The notes beneath the pieces are model-generated. The model was not told the DNA's origin, made no database searches, and saw nothing but the letters and a program-made list of their open reading frames with translations. Below, piece after piece: positions 27,813-36,911 of a DNA stretch of 39,217 nt. The DNA lies in IMG/VR virus record IMGVR_UViG_2684623171_000001; one strand, given 5' to 3'. Each line of letters begins with the position of its first letter. Positions within the stretch are counted from its first letter, which is position 1. The DNA is from a virus (taxonomy: Duplodnaviria; Heunggongvirae; Uroviricota; Caudoviricetes). Made by a program: the position numbers and the translations under genes.

Positions 27813-28920
27813 ACTGTATCTGGGCGGTGAGATTTTTTCCGGCTGGCTGACGGTGAGTGTTCGTCGCTCTCTTGAACATCTGGCGGGCTCCTTTGAACTG
27901 GGGGTAATGATGCCCGGTGTACGCCTTCCGTCATCCGTCCGTGCCGGTCAGTCTCTGGAATTGCGCATTGACGGTCAGCCTGTGATCACTGGCTGGCTGG
28001 ATCAGGTCCGGCAGCGCATCAGCGCCACGCGTTTTCAGATCACGCTCAGCGGACGGGATAAAACCGGTGACCTGGTGGACTGTTCAGCCATTCATCCGGG
28101 CAGCCAGTGGAGGAACCGCACGCTGGAGCACATTGCTTCAGATTTGTGTGCTCCGTTCGGGGTCACGGTGCGCTGGCAGGTAAATGATGCAACGGCAGCC
28201 CGGCCCTTTTCCACCTTCACACTGGAAAACTCAGAAACCGTGGCAGATGCGCTGACACGGGCCGCGAGACACAGAGGCGTCCTGGTAACCAGTAATGCCG
28301 CCGGTGAACTGGTTTTCACTCAGGCCGGCAGTCAGCGTGGCGACACGCTGACGCTGGGCGAAAATCTGCTGGATTTGGATCACAACGTGGATCACCGTCT
28401 GCGCCACAGTGAATACCGTGTACGGGGGCACGGGCGTGGTGGTGGTCATGCCGGGGATGCACTGACAGCCGGAACGCTGGCCGCACCCGTTGGTACGGTG
28501 ACAGACAGTGCCATCCACCGTTACAGACCGAAAATTGTGCTGGCGGATCATGCTGTTGATGCAGACGGTGCACGCCAGAGGGCTGTCCGGGAAATGCGCC
28601 GGGCGGTTGCCCGCTCTGTGCGCCTGACAGCCACCGTGCGGCACTGGTTTCGGGAGAACGGCCAGTTGTGGGATATCAACCTGCTGACGGCTGTCACGGC
28701 TCCCCGCACCGGAGTGGAAGAGCGTGATCTTCTTGTCTGTCAGGTGGAGTTTTCGCTGGATGCAAATCACGGCGAAACCACCCGTCTGATTCTGGCACCC
28801 CGTGACGGCTTTATTGTTCCGGCAGAGCCGGGAAACAGCGGAAGCGGAAATGCGGGTGACGTGGACGCCTTCGTGCGGGCACAGATGAAAAAACAGGGGA
28901 TTAAATTCAATGATGAATGA
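27796..28920 (+). CDS. P: Baseplate protein (Mu P-like)
   Basis: 374 aa; synteny. Confidence 0.65.
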   Translation: MSSRVELYLGGEIFSGWLTVSVRRSLEHLAGSFELGVMMPGVRLPSSVRAGQSLELRIDGQPVITGWLDQVRQRISATRFQITLSGRDKTGDLVDCSAIHPGSQWRNRTLEHIASDLCAPFGVTVRWQVNDATAARPFSTFTLENSETVADALTRAARHRGVLVTSNAAGELVFTQAGSQRGDTLTLGENLLDLDHNVDHRLRHSEYRVRGHGRGGGHAGDALTAGTLAAPVGTVTDSAIHRYRPKIVLADHAVDADGARQRAVREMRRAVARSVRLTATVRHWFRENGQLWDINLLTAVTAPRTGVEERDLLVCQVEFSLDANHGETTRLILAPRDGFIVPAEPGNSGSGNAGDVDAFVRAQMKKQGIKFNDE

Positions 28921-29524
28921 CGAAGTCATCAGCCGCCTTCTGGCCCCCGTGATGCGGGGTGTTCGTCTGCTGTTCGGGCGTGGTGTACTGACCGGCACAA
29001 CGGACACGCTGAAAATCCAGAATGTGCAAATCACCGGTATGGATGGTGAAACCTTTGATGACGTTGAACGCCCCCAGCAGTACGGGCAAATCAGCGTCCC
29101 CCTGCCTGGTGCGGAAGTTTTTCTGGCCTGTGCTGGCGGACAACGGGATCAGGCCGTGGTGCTTGTGGTGGAAGACCGCCGCAGTCGCCCGACCGGACTT
29201 ACCGCCGGAGATACCGGCGTGTATCACCATGAGGGGCACCGTATACGTCTGACAAAGAACGGCCGGATCATTGTGACCTGTAAGACGCTGGAGATTTACG
29301 CCGATGAAGGTGTTCAGGTGGATACACCGGAGGCTCACTTTACCGGTAATGTCACAGTGGATAAGAACCTGCATGTCAAAGGCAATGTGTCCATTGACGG
29401 CACCGGAAGATCACAGGGGACGTTCACGATGTCCGAAGCGGTTATTGCCGGGATCACCTATTCAGGTCATGTGCATCACGATAACGGTGAAGGCAGCAAA
29501 ACGGGAGGACCAGAGAATGGCTGA
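28910..29524 (+). CDS. Baseplate assembly/spike protein (Mu gp45-like, gpV family)
   Basis: 204 aa; synteny. Confidence 0.6.
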   Translation: MMNDEVISRLLAPVMRGVRLLFGRGVLTGTTDTLKIQNVQITGMDGETFDDVERPQQYGQISVPLPGAEVFLACAGGQRDQAVVLVVEDRRSRPTGLTAGDTGVYHHEGHRIRLTKNGRIIVTCKTLEIYADEGVQVDTPEAHFTGNVTVDKNLHVKGNVSIDGTGRSQGTFTMSEAVIAGITYSGHVHHDNGEGSKTGGPENG

Positions 29525-29954
29525 TATTGCTGTCGTCTGGGATCAGGGTTGCGGTTCCCTGCAACTGAACGGCGCAGATCTTCTGACGGATAACAGCCTG
29601 CTGACTGCGGTCATTATTTCACTGTTTACGGACAGGCGGGCGCTGGATTCCGATGAAATCCCTGACGGCACCCGTGACCGTCGGGGATGGTGGGGAGACA
29701 GTTTCCGGGAGCGCCCCGTTGGCTCCCGTCTCTGGCTGTTAAGCCGTGAAAAGACGCTGTCCTCCGTGGTCAGCCGTGCACAGGCCTATGCTGATGAAGC
29801 GCTGGCGTGGCTGCATAAAAGCGGTGCTGCCACATCCGTGGTATGTCATGCCATGCGTGTGGGGCATGCTCGCCTTTCGCTTTCCGTGAAAATCACCCTG
29901 CCGGACGGAAGCAGACATCCGATGATTTTTTATGCTGATATGAAGGGGGAATGA
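29517..29954 (+). CDS. Baseplate protein (Mu gp46-like)
   Basis: ATG at 29517 (MADIAVVWDQGCGSL...) overlaps the previous stop; the track's longer ORF from 29304 is mostly overlap. Confidence 0.55.
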   Translation: MADIAVVWDQGCGSLQLNGADLLTDNSLLTAVIISLFTDRRALDSDEIPDGTRDRRGWWGDSFRERPVGSRLWLLSREKTLSSVVSRAQAYADEALAWLHKSGAATSVVCHAMRVGHARLSLSVKITLPDGSRHPMIFYADMKGE

Positions 29955-31036
29955 TGCCTTATCAGCCCTTACCACTGGCGCAACTGATCACACAGACACA
30001 ACAGGATATCAGCCAGCGCCTGCCCGGTTCGCAGCCGGGCGTGAATGAAACCACCCTGAATGCCATTGCGTATGCACTGGCGGGTCTGTCAGCACAGGAG
30101 CATGAACATCTGGCCTGGATCTCCCGGCAGATAATTCCGACAGAAGCTGATGAAGCCGAACTCCTGAAACACTGCGCATTCTGGGGTGTCATCCGTAAAC
30201 CGGCTTCCCGCGCTGACGGACCGGTACAACTGATGCTGACCACGGATGCAGGGATCACGGAAGGCGTACTCCTTCAGCGAAGCGATGGGGTTGTGTACCG
30301 CATCACCGGCTCTGCGACCGGAAAAGCCGGAACACTGAATGTTAATGTGGAGGCGGAAAGTGCGGGGCGCGCTGGAAATACCCCGACCGGAACCCGCCTG
30401 TCCTTTATCACGCCACAGGCGGGCATCAACCAGACAGCCACGGTCACCGGCACGGGACTCACCGGTGGTGCGGATGTGGAAACGGTGCCGGAGTTGCTGT
30501 CCAGGCTGGTATTCCGGGTACAGAACCCGCCATCAGGGGGAACACAGTATGATTTTGAACGCTGGGCACGGGAAGTACCGGGCGTGACGCGGGCATGGTG
30601 TAAGCCTGAATGGCCTGAGGCGGGTAGTGTTGGTGTGACTTTTGTTCAGGATAATAACCCTGACATTTTCCCCGGAGAAGGTGATGTGAAGCGGGTGGCG
30701 GATTATATCCGCAGTCATGATGATCCGGCGACGGGCCAGCCCGTTGGTCAGCCACTTGGGCCGACAATCAGCGTGTTTAAGCTGACCAATAAGCCGGTGG
30801 CGTTTGAGATCAGGATTGTACCCAAAACGCCGGAAAATCAGGCTGCCGTAAAACAGGCATTAACAGACCTGCTTTATAACGAATCGCGGCCGGGTGGACT
30901 TGTATTGCCTTCATCATTCTGGCGGGCTGTTGCAGGGGTGAAAGGACTGGAGGATTTTGAAGTTCGCAGCCCGCTGAAGTCCGTGATGGCCGGAGATACA
31001 GAGTTGCTGACCGTGGGGGAAATCACATGGCTGTAA
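29951..31036 (+). CDS. Baseplate J-like protein (Mu gp47-like)
   Basis: 361 aa; synteny with baseplate wedge genes. Confidence 0.65.
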   Translation: MMPYQPLPLAQLITQTQQDISQRLPGSQPGVNETTLNAIAYALAGLSAQEHEHLAWISRQIIPTEADEAELLKHCAFWGVIRKPASRADGPVQLMLTTDAGITEGVLLQRSDGVVYRITGSATGKAGTLNVNVEAESAGRAGNTPTGTRLSFITPQAGINQTATVTGTGLTGGADVETVPELLSRLVFRVQNPPSGGTQYDFERWAREVPGVTRAWCKPEWPEAGSVGVTFVQDNNPDIFPGEGDVKRVADYIRSHDDPATGQPVGQPLGPTISVFKLTNKPVAFEIRIVPKTPENQAAVKQALTDLLYNESRPGGLVLPSSFWRAVAGVKGLEDFEVRSPLKSVMAGDTELLTVGEITWL

Positions 31037-31587
31037 CCCTGACCCCGCATCAGCGCGCCCTGTTGCAGTTGCTGCCTGACGGGCTGGCATGGGATAAGCG
31101 GCCGTCATCCGTTCTTGCGGCTTTGTGCCTGGGCCTCAGTCATTCCACGGAGCGTGTTTCCTGGACCGGTAACCAGATGCTGGCAGAACGTTTTCCTGAT
31201 TCATCCCGTCTGCTGCTGGAAGACTGGGAGCGTTATCTGGGGTTACCGGAATGTGATATGACCGGCGCAACCATTCAGGAGCGTCAGCGTTATGCCGGGA
31301 ATAAATACCGGATGAAACCCTCTCTTAACCGTGAATTTTATATCCGGTTTGCGGCAGAGTTTGGTTATGAAATAGATATTCAGCCATCACCGGATTCACA
31401 GTGGGTCAGTATTGTCACGATTAACAGTGAAACCGGCTACCGGAATATGAATGTGCTGGATGATATTCTCACGCCGCTGCGTATTTATGAAGGCGGTGCG
31501 CTGGAATGTATTCTGAACCGTTATAAGCCTGCATGGCAGACGTTTATTTACGTATATGCAAACAGTCACGAAGAGGAGAATATTTAA
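31027..31587 (+). CDS. Tail protein (Mu gp48-like)
   Basis: 186 aa directly upstream of the tail-fibre gene; stop overlaps the fibre start (TAATG). Confidence 0.55.
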   Translation: MAVTLTPHQRALLQLLPDGLAWDKRPSSVLAALCLGLSHSTERVSWTGNQMLAERFPDSSRLLLEDWERYLGLPECDMTGATIQERQRYAGNKYRMKPSLNREFYIRFAAEFGYEIDIQPSPDSQWVSIVTINSETGYRNMNVLDDILTPLRIYEGGALECILNRYKPAWQTFIYVYANSHEEENI

Positions 31588-32498
31588 TGTTCCATGTTGA
31601 TAATAATTCCGGCGTGGCGAATATGCCTGCGCTGGCACCGGCGCAGAGTAATACCACCACCTGGTTTACCGAAGGTGACGGACAAAAAGGTATCAGCTGG
31701 ATTGGTCAGGACTGGCTGAATATTCTCCAGGCCGAACTGCTGAATATTCTGGCTGAAGCCAGTATTCAGCCGGATAAGGCGCAGTTAAACCAGCTTACGC
31801 TGTCCATTAAAGCCATTATCGCTGCGAATGCCTTTTCCCGGAAAAACAACCTGAAAGAAATTGCTGATGCCGGTGCGGAAGCCCAGCGTCTTGCCCGTGG
31901 TTATCTTGGTCTTGGGGCGCTTGCCACAAAAAACAGTCTTGGTCCCGGTGACGTTAATGCTCTGGCGAAGGATCAGAACCTTGCCGACCTGGAGAATGCG
32001 GGAACCGCCCGTAATAATCTGGATGTTTACAGCAAAAGCGAAGGTGATAACCGTTACCTGCGCAGGGAGCAGAACGGCGCAGACATTCCGGATAAAGGCG
32101 CTTTTATCGATAACGTCGGTTTACGGGAAACGGTAAATAAGGCTGCTGATGCCCTGCCATCGGGTGGAACCGCCGTGGCAGCAAACAGACTCGCCACCCC
32201 AAGAAATATTAATGGTGTTCCTTTTGACGGAACGCTGGATATCAACATCACGTCAGGAATGACGCAGTCAACCGCAGATGGCCGGTATGTACAGAATGTT
32301 CAGCTTGGAGCACAGAGCTATCATTCACCCGGAGGCAATGAAATGTCATGGAATTACAGCGCACCTTCCGGTTGTATGCTTTCCGGAATTAACGTGCAGG
32401 AAACCGGCTCCCGGTCTGCGGACAATATCGGTGGGGTCTATTATCGCCCGGTTCAGATTTATATTAATAATGCCTGGAGAACGGTAAGTTCAGTGTAA
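31587..32498 (+). CDS. S: Tail fibre protein: constant N-terminal part fused to variable tip Sv in the current orientation
   Basis: ATG at 31587 with GAGGAG RBS; N-terminus MFHVDNNSGVANMPALAP is typical of Mu S / P2 H-type fibres; the C-terminal ~125 aa lie inside the invertible segment. Confidence 0.7.
   Translation: MFHVDNNSGVANMPALAPAQSNTTTWFTEGDGQKGISWIGQDWLNILQAELLNILAEASIQPDKAQLNQLTLSIKAIIAANAFSRKNNLKEIADAGAEAQRLARGYLGLGALATKNSLGPGDVNALAKDQNLADLENAGTARNNLDVYSKSEGDNRYLRREQNGADIPDKGAFIDNVGLRETVNKAADALPSGGTAVAANRLATPRNINGVPFDGTLDINITSGMTQSTADGRYVQNVQLGAQSYHSPGGNEMSWNYSAPSGCMLSGINVQETGSRSADNIGGVYYRPVQIYINNAWRTVSSV
32106..32131. promoter_or_regulatory. Left recombination site (gix-like) for the serine invertase, inside the fibre gene
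   Basis: CGGTTTACGGGA (32116-32127) is identical to the reverse complement of 33484-33495, with partial matches in the flanks. Confidence 0.5.
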
Positions 32499-32508
32499 AC
32501 CACAGAAA

Positions 32509-32527
32509 AGGGTGCTGAATGCACCCT
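32509..32527. terminator. Hairpin between the convergent fibre and chaperone genes, possible bidirectional terminator
   Basis: Perfect 7-bp stem AGGGTGC / GCACCCT with a 5-nt loop; T-rich stretch downstream on the plus strand. Confidence 0.4.
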
Positions 32528-32532
32528 CTGAA

Positions 32533-33054
32533 TTATTCCGGTTTTTCCGGCCAGGGAATCGCCTGGTAATGCCCCTCACTGGCAATATCATTAAAGTGCA
32601 TTTCTTTAAGCTGTCGGATATACGCCATCCAGCGCGTCAGCTGTAATTTATTTTCATCGCTAATCATGTCCAGTTTTAATTCCGTTTTCCAGTCATCCAC
32701 AGTTTCGTTGGCTTCCTGGAGCAGCGATGAGCGGCGCTTTTCAGCAACCGTCTTCCAGTTTACCGGCACCTTTGATATCAGGCCATCAGAAAACTGCCAG
32801 TTACCGTCAATATTCACACCTTCCGGCAGTTCGTCCACTTCAACAACAGTAAAACCTGCCGGATATAAAGCAGAGACATCTTCAGCAACAGAGCAGATAA
32901 TACCCGTTACAGGCGAAATACAGAGTTTGTATTTCTTTGTGAAAAGCGGGATAGATTCATAAAAATCCCTTCCGTCCTCACTCTGGAAATACTGAACATC
33001 CTCACCATAGGGTTTGTGTTCCGGGTAATATCGTTTTACGTTAATAAGCTCCAT
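32533..33054 (-). CDS. Tail fibre assembly chaperone (Tfa/U-type), co-oriented with the silent alternative tip
   Basis: Met at 33054 (MELINVKRYYPEHKPYGEDVQYF...) with a typical Tfa N-terminal motif; AGGTGA RBS; the track ORF extends upstream but this start is better supported. Confidence 0.65.
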   Translation of the reverse strand: MELINVKRYYPEHKPYGEDVQYFQSEDGRDFYESIPLFTKKYKLCISPVTGIICSVAEDVSALYPAGFTVVEVDELPEGVNIDGNWQFSDGLISKVPVNWKTVAEKRRSSLLQEANETVDDWKTELKLDMISDENKLQLTRWMAYIRQLKEMHFNDIASEGHYQAIPWPEKPE

Positions 33055-33133
33055 TATTTCACCTTGTTTTTGTTGAAAAGACAAAATCATCATATATTTA
33101 TTCAGATAATCTGTTTTTTGAACTACTGCACTT

Positions 33134-33505
33134 TTATGCGCTGGAAGCTGTTTTCCACGAACCATCTATCAGAAACTGAACAGGTCGATAATATGCGGTT
33201 ACCGTTGCATTACCATCACCAGCGACATCAAGCCCTGTAAGTACGCATCCGTCAGGAACCTCAAAAATATTATATTGCATTCCAATCGTTGACCTTGAAC
33301 CTCTTCGAATGCTTTGAACATAACGTGAGTCAGCCACAGACTGCGTCATCCCCGATGTAATATTTATATCCTGCGTTCCGTCAAATGGGACACCATTAAT
33401 ATTTCTTGGAGTGGCGAGTTTATTCGCTGCAACAGCCGCTCCGTTCGATGGCAGGGCATTCGCGGCCCTGTTTACAGTATCCCGTAAACCGAAGGTTTCA
33501 GGGAT
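33134..33505 (-). CDS. Alternative tail fibre C-terminal cassette (S'v), promoterless and unfused in this orientation
   Basis: Minus-strand translation from the right site gives GLRDTVNRAANALPSNGAAVAANKLATPRNINGVPFDGTQDINITSGMTQSVADSRYVQ..., paralogous to S residues GLRETVNKAADALPSGGTAVAANRLATPRNINGVPFDGTLDINITSGMTQSTADGRYVQ...; the last ~55 aa diverge. Confidence 0.6.
   Translation of the reverse strand: MPETFGLRDTVNRAANALPSNGAAVAANKLATPRNINGVPFDGTQDINITSGMTQSVADSRYVQSIRRGSRSTIGMQYNIFEVPDGCVLTGLDVAGDGNATVTAYYRPVQFLIDGSWKTASSA
33479..33505. promoter_or_regulatory. Right recombination site (gix-like), upstream of gin
   Basis: Near-palindrome ATCCCGTAAACC-GAA-GGTTTCAGGGAT, resembling gix/hix half-sites. 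Confidence 0.55.
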
Positions 33506-33559
33506 GCCGTATATCTGCTTTAAAAGGCCTTTCCACCTCTTTTTAAGGAAGGTAAATAC

Positions 33560-34120
33560 ATGCTGATTGGCTATATACGCGTATCAACAAATGACCAGAA
33601 CACAGGTTTACAAAGAAATGCGCTGGAATGTGCAGGATGTGAGCAGATTTTTGAAGATAAAATGAGTGGTAAAACGACACAGCGGCCGGGACTGAAGCGG
33701 GCACTGAAGAAACTAAAACCCGGTGACACACTGATGGTCTGGAAACTGGACAGGCTGGGGCGCAGTATGCGCCACCTTGTTGCGCTGACAGATGAATTAC
33801 AGCAACAGGGGATAAATTTTCGTAGTCTTACTGACAACATTGATACGTCAACCCCCATGGGGCGCTTCTTTTTTCACATAATGGGTGCGCTGGCAGAAAT
33901 GGAGCGTGAATTAATTGTCGAACGGACACGGGCTGGTCTTGCAGCTGCCCGTGAAAGGGGACGAACCGGCGGCAGACCCCGTCGTCTCACGCAGGAACAA
34001 TACGAGCAGGTCGGGCGTTTACTGGCCGGGGGTGTCAGTCGAAGACAGGTGGCACTTATTTTTGATATCGGCCTTTCAACCCTTTATCGTTATTATCCTG
34101 CGAGCGTTTCGGAAAAATAA
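33560..34120 (+). CDS. gin: Serine-recombinase DNA invertase (Gin/Hin/Pin family)
   Basis: 186 aa; N-terminus MLIGYIRVSTNDQN with the catalytic Ser; C-terminal HTH (GLSTLYRYY); adjacent to the invertible fibre segment. Confidence 0.85.
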   Translation: MLIGYIRVSTNDQNTGLQRNALECAGCEQIFEDKMSGKTTQRPGLKRALKKLKPGDTLMVWKLDRLGRSMRHLVALTDELQQQGINFRSLTDNIDTSTPMGRFFFHIMGALAEMERELIVERTRAGLAAARERGRTGGRPRRLTQEQYEQVGRLLAGGVSRRQVALIFDIGLSTLYRYYPASVSEK

Positions 34121-34219
34121 GACGCTCTCTTTGTTGGGCCTTTACTGAATTAACGCAAAATGGCGTTTATCGGTCTGTGGATATGATAATTCAGTTTATT
34201 CAGGAACAGGCTGATTATT

Positions 34220-36259
34220 ATGACGTCCAAATGGGTTCAACTATCATCAATGCCCGGAAACTTTACTGTTAAAGTTTCCGGTGGTACAGCGGCATTTCTT
34301 GAGGCTCCCTTTCCTCCGGCCGAAACAAAAGGAGGAATGACATTTGCTGACTGTCTCATCAGTTTTAATACACGGGATTGCCTGTGGGTAAGGCCAGTAT
34401 CCGGTGATCCGAGTGTGGAAATTACCGGAGCGGGTATTGGTGCGGTCATTCCGTTAAGTGCTGATGTTGCCGGTACTGCTGAACCGTCAGACTGGGATAA
34501 TGCTGAAACACATACCCGTCCGTCAGGAAATGAAACTGCTTCCAGCTCCCCTTCCTGGTATTACGTGGTGGTTCTTGCTGGTCAGTCAAACGGTATGGCT
34601 TACGGTGAAGGTCTGCCACTGCCGGAGACATATGACCGCCCCGAACCGCGTATTATGCAGTTAGCCCGTCGCAGTACAGTCACGCCGGGAGGTAAAGCCT
34701 GTCAGTATAACGACATCATTCTGGCCGACCACTGTCTGCATGATGTGCAGGATATGAGTGGAAAAAATCACCCGAAAGCGGATGTGGCTAAAGGGCAATA
34801 TGGCACCGTGGGTCAGGGGCTTCACATTGCCAAAAAACTGCTGCCGTTTATTCCGGCAGATGCGGGGATTCTGCTGGTTCCCTGCTGCCGTGGTGGTTCT
34901 GCATTCACGGCGGGTGCTGACGGCACGTACAGTGACAGCACGGGTGCTTCAGAGGACTCAGCCCGCTGGGGTGTGGATAAGCCGCTGTATAAGGACTTAA
35001 TCAGCCGGACAAAAGCGGCACTGGCGAAGAACCCGAAAAACCGCCTGCTTGCTGTGGTGTGGATGCAGGGCGAGTTTGATATTGATGCGAAGCCGACGGA
35101 GCATTCCGCGCTGTTTCTGGCGATGGTGGAAAAATTCCGCGCAGACCTGGCTGAACAGGCGGAACAGTGTACCGGTGGCAGTGCTGCTGGCGTTCCGTGG
35201 ATTTGTGGCGATACCACGTATTTCTGGAAACAGAAAAATGAACCGGCATACCAGGCAATCTATGGCGGCTACAAAAACAAAACAGATAAAAACATTCATT
35301 TCGTTCCATTAATGACAGATGAAAATGACGCGAATGTACCCACCAACAATCCGGCAGAAGACCCGGATATTGAATCCATTGGTTATTACGGCTCAACGTG
35401 GCGTAACAGTGCCGCCACCTGGACATCTGCGGACCGGGCCAGCCATTTCAGTTCATGGGCACGTCGTGGGATTATTTCCGACCGTCTGGCCACGGCAGTT
35501 CTGACTCATGCGGGGCGAACCACAGTAAAAGCCGATGTTCCATCTTCTGAAACTGAAGCACCAGTGCCGTCACCTTCAGAAACTGAAGCAGTAACCACAA
35601 CACTGCTGTCTTATCGTGTCAGTGAGTCAGAAGGAAATCTGAAAGCCCAGGGCTGGGAGCCGGCTGGCGGTAAAGCTGAAATTATCAGTGATGCAGGAGG
35701 CACAGGTGGTAAGGCAATGAAACTGACCAAGGAAACAGGTAAATCATCCTGGTATCTGGATCATGATGCCGGTACTGGTGCTGAACTGCTGAAAAATGGT
35801 GGTTTAATCAGTTGTCGTTTTAAAGTACCTGGCGACCTGGTGGCAAACCAGTATGTCATGGGGCTTTACTGGCCGGTTTCCTCTCTGCCGCAGGGTGTCA
35901 CCCTGACAGGGGATGCAGGGAATAATCTGCTGGCATCGTTCTACATCCAGACAGACGCAAAAGACCTGAATGTGATGTACCACAATGCAAAAGTGGCAAC
36001 AAATAACCAGAAACTGGGAACCTTTGGTGCATTTGATAATGAATGGCATACGCTGGCCTTCCGTTTTGCAGGAAATAACAGCCTTCAGGTTATTCCGGTT
36101 ATTGATGGTCAGGATGGTGCCGCGTTTACCCTGACGCAGTCACCAGTAGGAACTTTCCCGGTGGACAAACTCCGCGTAACGGATATCACAAAAAATGCAA
36201 CTTACCCGGTGCTGATTGACAGCATTGTGGTGGAAGTGAAAAAAGCGGTAACAGAATAA
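34220..36259 (+). CDS. SASA/SGNH-type sialate O-acetylesterase-like protein with unknown N-terminal domain and lectin-like C-terminal domain (NanS-p-like prophage esterase)
   Basis: 679 aa; GQSN catalytic motif (VVLAGQSNGMAYGEG) and downstream WMQGEFD; duplicated SETEA linker (PSSETEAPVPSPSETEAV); C-terminal ~220 aa have beta-rich, lectin-like composition; has no counterpart in Mu between gin and mom. Confidence 0.65.
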   Translation: MTSKWVQLSSMPGNFTVKVSGGTAAFLEAPFPPAETKGGMTFADCLISFNTRDCLWVRPVSGDPSVEITGAGIGAVIPLSADVAGTAEPSDWDNAETHTRPSGNETASSSPSWYYVVVLAGQSNGMAYGEGLPLPETYDRPEPRIMQLARRSTVTPGGKACQYNDIILADHCLHDVQDMSGKNHPKADVAKGQYGTVGQGLHIAKKLLPFIPADAGILLVPCCRGGSAFTAGADGTYSDSTGASEDSARWGVDKPLYKDLISRTKAALAKNPKNRLLAVVWMQGEFDIDAKPTEHSALFLAMVEKFRADLAEQAEQCTGGSAAGVPWICGDTTYFWKQKNEPAYQAIYGGYKNKTDKNIHFVPLMTDENDANVPTNNPAEDPDIESIGYYGSTWRNSAATWTSADRASHFSSWARRGIISDRLATAVLTHAGRTTVKADVPSSETEAPVPSPSETEAVTTTLLSYRVSESEGNLKAQGWEPAGGKAEIISDAGGTGGKAMKLTKETGKSSWYLDHDAGTGAELLKNGGLISCRFKVPGDLVANQYVMGLYWPVSSLPQGVTLTGDAGNNLLASFYIQTDAKDLNVMYHNAKVATNNQKLGTFGAFDNEWHTLAFRFAGNNSLQVIPVIDGQDGAAFTLTQSPVGTFPVDKLRVTDITKNATYPVLIDSIVVEVKKAVTE

Positions 36260-36405
36260 AAAAATCCCGCCGGTCATGATATGGCTGGCGGGAGCTACCT
36301 AACCCATAAAGGAAAATAAAAATACTCCCGAAGGAGTGGTTATCAGTCGCTTCGATGTTTTTACCCGATAACGAATTATGTAGTCAATATCAAAGGTAAG
36401 GTTAT

Positions 36406-36588
36406 ATGACATTCGTTCATACAATGCTGCTTTATTTCTGCGCTGTGGTCAGTGCGTTATATCTGGTGAGCGGTGGTTATAAGGTCATCAGAAATTATAT
36501 TCGCCGTAAAATTGATGATGCGGCAGCTGAAAAACTCAGTAAAACAGCACAGGCACCGTCATCCCCAAACGACCCGACCCCGCTCTGA
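36406..36588 (+). CDS. Small membrane protein
   Basis: 60 aa; N-terminal TM helix (MLLYFCAVVSALYLVSGG); AAGGTAAGG RBS. Confidence 0.35.
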   Translation: MTFVHTMLLYFCAVVSALYLVSGGYKVIRNYIRRKIDDAAAEKLSKTAQAPSSPNDPTPL

Positions 36589-36623
36589 TAACGGGGCAAT
36601 ATACCTGCAAAAGGAGAATATTC

Positions 36624-36869
36624 ATGCCAGAGATTAAAGGCACGGTTACTGAAGAGCTTGTCAAACAGGCACTTTATTCTGAAGAAGTGAACCGCGTGCT
36701 GAAGGCGCAGGTTCGCAAGGATTTTGAGGCACAAATCGACGCATATGTTGATGAAGTGCTGGCCCGAATGGTTGGCCGTTCTCCGGCTGAAAACAGCACG
36801 GAAAATGATCCTCAACCCGTAGAGCAACCAGAGCCGGTTCAGCCCGGAACTGACGGTACTATGATGTAA
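36624..36869 (+). CDS. Small acidic hypothetical protein
   Basis: 81 aa; strong AAGGAG RBS; followed by a hairpin terminator. Confidence 0.4.
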   Translation: MPEIKGTVTEELVKQALYSEEVNRVLKAQVRKDFEAQIDAYVDEVLARMVGRSPAENSTENDPQPVEQPEPVQPGTDGTMM

Positions 36870-36879
36870 CAATACCGAC

Positions 36880-36911
36880 CGGCAGGTTTCCCTGCCGGGT
36901 GAGTTTGTTAA
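36880..36911 (+). terminator. Hairpin terminator after the two small genes
   Basis: 8-bp stem CCGGCAGG / CCTGCCGG with a 4-nt loop, followed by GTGAGTTTGTT. Confidence 0.4.

Noticed and set aside
34142-34199. 9-bp inverted repeat ACTGAATTA / TAATTCAGT between gin and the esterase as a possible second recombination site
   Set aside because: Arms are short, 33 bp apart and unlike the gix sites; more likely a small operator or chance palindrome in AT-rich DNA.
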